From NCBI GenBank assembly GCA_043228905.1, contig JBHGNT010000016.1:14446001-14510000 (forward strand): DNA of 64,000 bases, read 5' to 3'. The position numbers and the translations under genes are program-made. Position 1 is the first letter of the stretch. Every line of letters begins with the position of its first letter. The notes beneath the pieces are model-generated. The model was given only the letters and a program-made list of their open reading frames with translations. It ran no database searches and was not told where the DNA came from. This document shows positions 60,101 to 64,000 of this stretch, piece after piece. This DNA comes from Azolla caroliniana (Eukaryota; Plantae; Polypodiophyta).

Positions 60101-61916
60101 GATGAGGAACCAGCGAGTAGTGGAGACTATGTTGTGCACTCCCCGCGCAAGGAACCGAGGAGACGGTTCACGCGCAAAGAGAAGGGGAAGAAGAAGATGC
60201 CGGAATTCGAAACCGACAAATATGAGTCGGATCGGTGTGCATCCAACTCCGCCAAGGAGAAAGGCGGATCTTCGGCGACGAAGAACGAACCGGCCAAGAA
60301 AGGCCTTAAACTGGGTAACGGTGAGTTACACCGGTCCACCCGCCAGAAGGATCCCGTCACACGGTACGGGTACAATGAGTACATGGCGCATCACTATGCG
60401 TACATGACTAAGGTGGCGGAAGTGCGTGAGCCGGAGAGCTATACAGAAGCGGCCAAGGACGCAAATTGGCGTGCCGCTATGGAAGAAGAAATGCGGGCAC
60501 TTGATGTCAACAAGACATGGGACCTGGTTGACCCTCCTCGTCACTGTAAACCGATCGGATGCAAGTGGATATACAGGGTAAAGTACAACGCTGACGGTTC
60601 TGTTAACCGGTATAAAGCCCGGTTAGTGGCGAAGGGATACACGCTGTCGTAGTGTATTTCGTGAACCGCCTCACGCAACGATCTGGAGCCGAAAGGCACG
60701 ACAGCGCAAACCCACGGAATCGACTACGACGAGACCTTCGCTTCGGTAGCGAAGATGACGATAGTTCGTGTGGTGCTGGTGGTTGCTCCAGCAAGGGGGT
60801 GGCATCTTCACCAGATGGATGTGAAGAATGCGTTTCTTCAGGGTGATCTTGAAGAAGAAGTCTTTATGACTCAACCCCCCGGCTTTCAATCGAAGATGAA
60901 CAAGTCGGTGGTATGCCGACTGAAGAAGTCGTTGTACGGCCTGAAGCAAGCCCCTCGAGCTTGGAATGCGAAGATCACGCACCGGTTGCGTAAGATGGGG
61001 TTTGTGGCCTCCAAATCGAACTCTTCGTTGTTCATCTGGCAAGGCTCAGCCGGTCCGGTATGTATACTGCTGTATGTTGATGATCTAGTCATCACCGGAC
61101 CGGGTGTTCCAGAAATCAACCGCGTCAAGTCCCTATTGTTGGACACATTTGAGATGAAGGACCTGGGGGACCTTCATTATTTTCTTGGGATCGAGGTGAT
61201 CTGAATCCCTGACGGCATATTACTCTCACAACGACATTACGTCTTGAATATGTTGTTCAAGTTCGGCATGACAGATTGTCGACCTGTCTCCACACCCTTG
61301 GACCGGAACCAGAAGCTCCGTCCCAACTCCGAACCGGCCTGCAACGAGAAACGGTTCCGACAAATTGTCGAAAGCCTTATTTACCTGACTATCACACGCC
61401 CTGACATCAGCTATCCGATCGGAATGATAAGTCAGTTCATGCAGAAGCCGACCGTGGAGCACCTTCAGTGCGCGCAACGGATATTGCGATATGTAAGCGG
61501 CACGAAGGACCGGGGACTGTTATACCGGCGCGGTATAACCGAAGAGTTTGTCGGTTACACGGATGTCGACTGGGCTGGCGATGCATCAGATTGTCGATCA
61601 ACCTCTGGTTACATGTTTTCCCTAGGTAGCGCGGTTGTTGCGTGGCGCCGCAAAAAGCAGCCAACAGTTGCTCTGTCGAGCATTGAGGCTGAGTATCAGG
61701 GCGCTACCATTGCCACCTGTGAAGCCATTTGGCTTCAACGACTGCTGCAAGACTTACGGATCGAGGAATCGACCCCGATTCTGGTCTACTGCGACAACAT
61801 AAGCAGCATGCAACTCGCCAAGAACCCTGTGTTCCATGCTCGCATGAAGCACATAGAAGTACAGGATGACTTTGTGCGTGAGTGGGTCCTGAGCAGTGAG
61901 GTTGAACTACGGTATG
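57164..61916 (+). mobile_element. Decayed Ty1/copia element of the same family as 6058-11637, interrupted in RNase H
   Basis: 5' LTR 57164-57578; PBS TGGTATAAGAGC 57579-57590; gag, protease, integrase, RT and RNase H fragments collinear with the first copy; many TAG/TGA stops. Confidence 0.93.
60645..60703. mobile_element. 59-bp LTR-like insertion (TGTCGT...ACGACA) in the copia RT
   Basis: Absent from the paralogous site at ~9285 (GGATACGCGCAGACC); flanked by ACGC/GCGC. Confidence 0.75.
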
Positions 61917-62136
61917 TGTTAGGAAACAGGTCCCTCCGGATGGGAGTGAGAAGAACAGTGCTGATGAGAATTTCGGCCGAGGCCAAAACCGAATGAAGAG
62001 TACCTGGTTACGGAAGACCCGGTGAGAACCGGATGAGAAGTACCCAACTATGGAAGACCCGGTGAGAACCGGATGAGAAGTACCCAACTATGGAAGACCC
62101 GGTGAGAACCGGATGAGGAGTACCCGGCAAGAGCCG
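61917..62136 (+). mobile_element. Start of a Tork-like copia LTR with ~48-bp tandem units, itself interrupted
   Basis: TGTTAGGAAACAGGTCCCTCCGGATGGG resembles the LTR start at 30177; repeats of gaagacccggtgagaaccggatgagaagtacccaactatg. Confidence 0.8.
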
Positions 62137-64000
62137 TGTTGAGAATCAACGCTCCGATTCACCTTCGCCGCTCGGCCACAACCGAGAAATCGCAAATCAA
62201 TGCAGCAGAAAATAGGAAACACAGAGAAAGACACGATAACACAGGGATTAACGTGGAAAACCCTCTACGGAAAAAAAAACCACGGGAGTCCTCAAACTCC
62301 AACTATCACTATGAACAGAGATGTACAATGGTGAAGCTTCAAGGCGACAACCTTGAGCTCACTGTCTTCGCCACAGGTGGCGGTAATACACAGAGGCAAC
62401 GACCTCTTCGTCTCTCTCTCTCTCTCTCTCTCTCTCGGCTGCTCTCTACACTCTCTCTAAGTGGGAAAACAGAAAATGAGCAACAACAACAAACTGTTTG
62501 CCCTAAGTCATATTTATACACATATGACTTTCGGGCTATTTACAAATATAGCCTCAAGGGCTCTTGGCAAACATATTCACAAATATGTCCCCGCATCCGG
62601 ATCTCTCTCCGGGTACATACATCATCCGGCTCCGTAGCCGGGTCTTCGTCATCCGGCTCCGTAGCCGGGTCTTCATCATCCGGCTCCGTAGCCGGGTCTT
62701 CATCATCCGGCTCCGTAGCCGGGTCTTCATCATCCGGGGCTCCGTAGCCGCAACCGGGCTTGCCGTCATTCATCTCCGGACATCCCATCCGGAGGGACCG
62801 TAAATCCCAACAAACTCCCCCTTCACTTCGGCATGGGATGTCTCTCCAATCCGATCCTCTTCCGGCATGCTTCGAGCCTGTCGGGTGTAAGTACCTTAGT
62901 CAACATATCCGACCCGTTCTCGTCTGTGTGGATCTTCGTCAGCACGAACTCCTTGTCATCTATCCTTTCCCGGATCCAGTGGTATCTACGCTGGATGTGT
63001 TTCGTCCGGGAATGGTAGGCCGCGTTCTTCGCAAGGTGGATGGCACTCTGACTGTCGCAGTAGAGTCGGTACTCCTCCTGCCGGATACCGAGCTCTCTAA
63101 TGAAGTCCTTCATCCATATTATTTCCTTGCCGGCTTCAACAGCCGCCATGTACTCCGCCTCCGTGGTTGACAGTGCAACCGTCTTCTGCAGCCTCGACTG
63201 CCACGAAACAGCTCCCCCTGCATACGTCATCACATACCCTGATGTGGACCGGCTGGTATCTGCATCAGCCGACATATCCGAATCGGTGAAGCCATCGAGT
63301 TCGGACTTACCGGAGCCAAATCGGAGGCACACGTTTGCCGTGCCCTTCAGGTATCGGAGTATCCACTTGACCGCGTTCCAGTGCTCTTTGCCGGGATTGC
63401 TCATGTACCGGCTCACCACTCCAACTGCATATCCTATGTCCGGTCGGGTACACACCATCGCGTACATCAAGCTCCCGACGGCCGAGGCATATGGTACTTT
63501 CATCATGTCCTCCTTCTCAGCCTTTGTCTTGGGGCTTTGCTTGCTGGACAGCTTGCAGTTTGCCGGGAGTGATGACCCCACCGGTCTTGCTTCCGACATG
63601 TTGAACCGGTGGAGCACCTTCGTCACGTACTTCTCCTGTGACAGCCACAACTGCTTCTTCTTCCGGTCCCGGATGATGTGCATCCCTAGTATTTGCCTCG
63701 CCGGACCCAAGTCCTTCATTGAGAAGGTTCGGTGAAGAGCCTTCTTCAGCATCCGTATCTTGACCTGGTCCCGTCCGACGATCAACATGTCGTCCACGTA
63801 CAGGAGGAGTATTAGAAAGTCTCCTCCCTCGAACTTCTTCACAAACACGCAGTGATCGGACTGCGTTTTGTGGTACCCTTCGTCGGTCATGAAAGAGTCG
63901 AACTTCCGGTACCATTGCCGGGGAGCCTGCTTCAGTCCGTAAAGGCTCTTCTTCAACCGGCATACCAGGTGCTCCTTCCCTTTCTTCTCGAATCCTTCCG
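62137..64000 (-). mobile_element. Tork-like copia element (3' end), close relative of 17503-30850
   Basis: 3' LTR 62137-62812 with ~27-bp tandem units; PPT 62815-62824; the RT/RNase H frame is open to the window edge. Confidence 0.95.
62823..64000 (-). CDS. Copia pol C-terminus (RT, RNase H), partial
   Basis: Nearly identical to the last ~380 aa of the ORF at 26093-30166; ends GLERHPMPK*. Confidence 0.93.
   Translation of the reverse strand, partial: EGFEKKGKEHLVCRLKKSLYGLKQAPRQWYRKFDSFMTDEGYHKTQSDHCVFVKKFEGGDFLILLLYVDDMLIVGRDQVKIRMLKKALHRTFSMKDLGPARQILGMHIIRDRKKKQLWLSQEKYVTKVLHRFNMSEARPVGSSLPANCKLSSKQSPKTKAEKEDMMKVPYASAVGSLMYAMVCTRPDIGYAVGVVSRYMSNPGKEHWNAVKWILRYLKGTANVCLRFGSGKSELDGFTDSDMSADADTSRSTSGYVMTYAGGAVSWQSRLQKTVALSTTEAEYMAAVEAGKEIIWMKDFIRELGIRQEEYRLYCDSQSAIHLAKNAAYHSRTKHIQRRYHWIRERIDDKEFVLTKIHTDENGSDMLTKVLTPDRLEACRKRIGLERHPMPK

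Overview
Eukaryotic plant genomic DNA. The intron-containing genes, CG/CHG-decayed LTR retrotransposons and TE repertoire suggest a non-seed plant such as a fern (inference). Bases 1-31 kb are a retrotransposon nest: a 5'-truncated chromodomain Ty3/gypsy, a decayed Ty1/copia (TSD AAAAC), two tail-to-tail tRNA-Trp-primed gypsy fragments, and an intact Tnt1/Tork-like copia (TSD CCATC). That copia's 5' LTR is split by a very young intact gypsy (apparently identical 1087-bp LTRs, 4-bp TSD). Bases 32-54 kb are a gene island: peroxisomal malate synthase (+), a signal-peptide CPYC glutaredoxin (+), and a 14-exon minus-strand gene that fuses methylthioribose-1-phosphate isomerase (MtnA/MTI) in frame to methylthioribose kinase (MtnK/MTK). 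Bases 56.7-64 kb are a second, triple-nested copia cluster. Highlights: the MTI-MTK fusion; antisense tRNA-like A/B-box modules plus RY-motif arrays in the LTRs of the Trp-primed gypsy family; a +1/-2 gag-pol junction at G_GTT_TTT; and a 59-bp miniature LTR-like insertion. All coordinates were read by eye, with no database searches.
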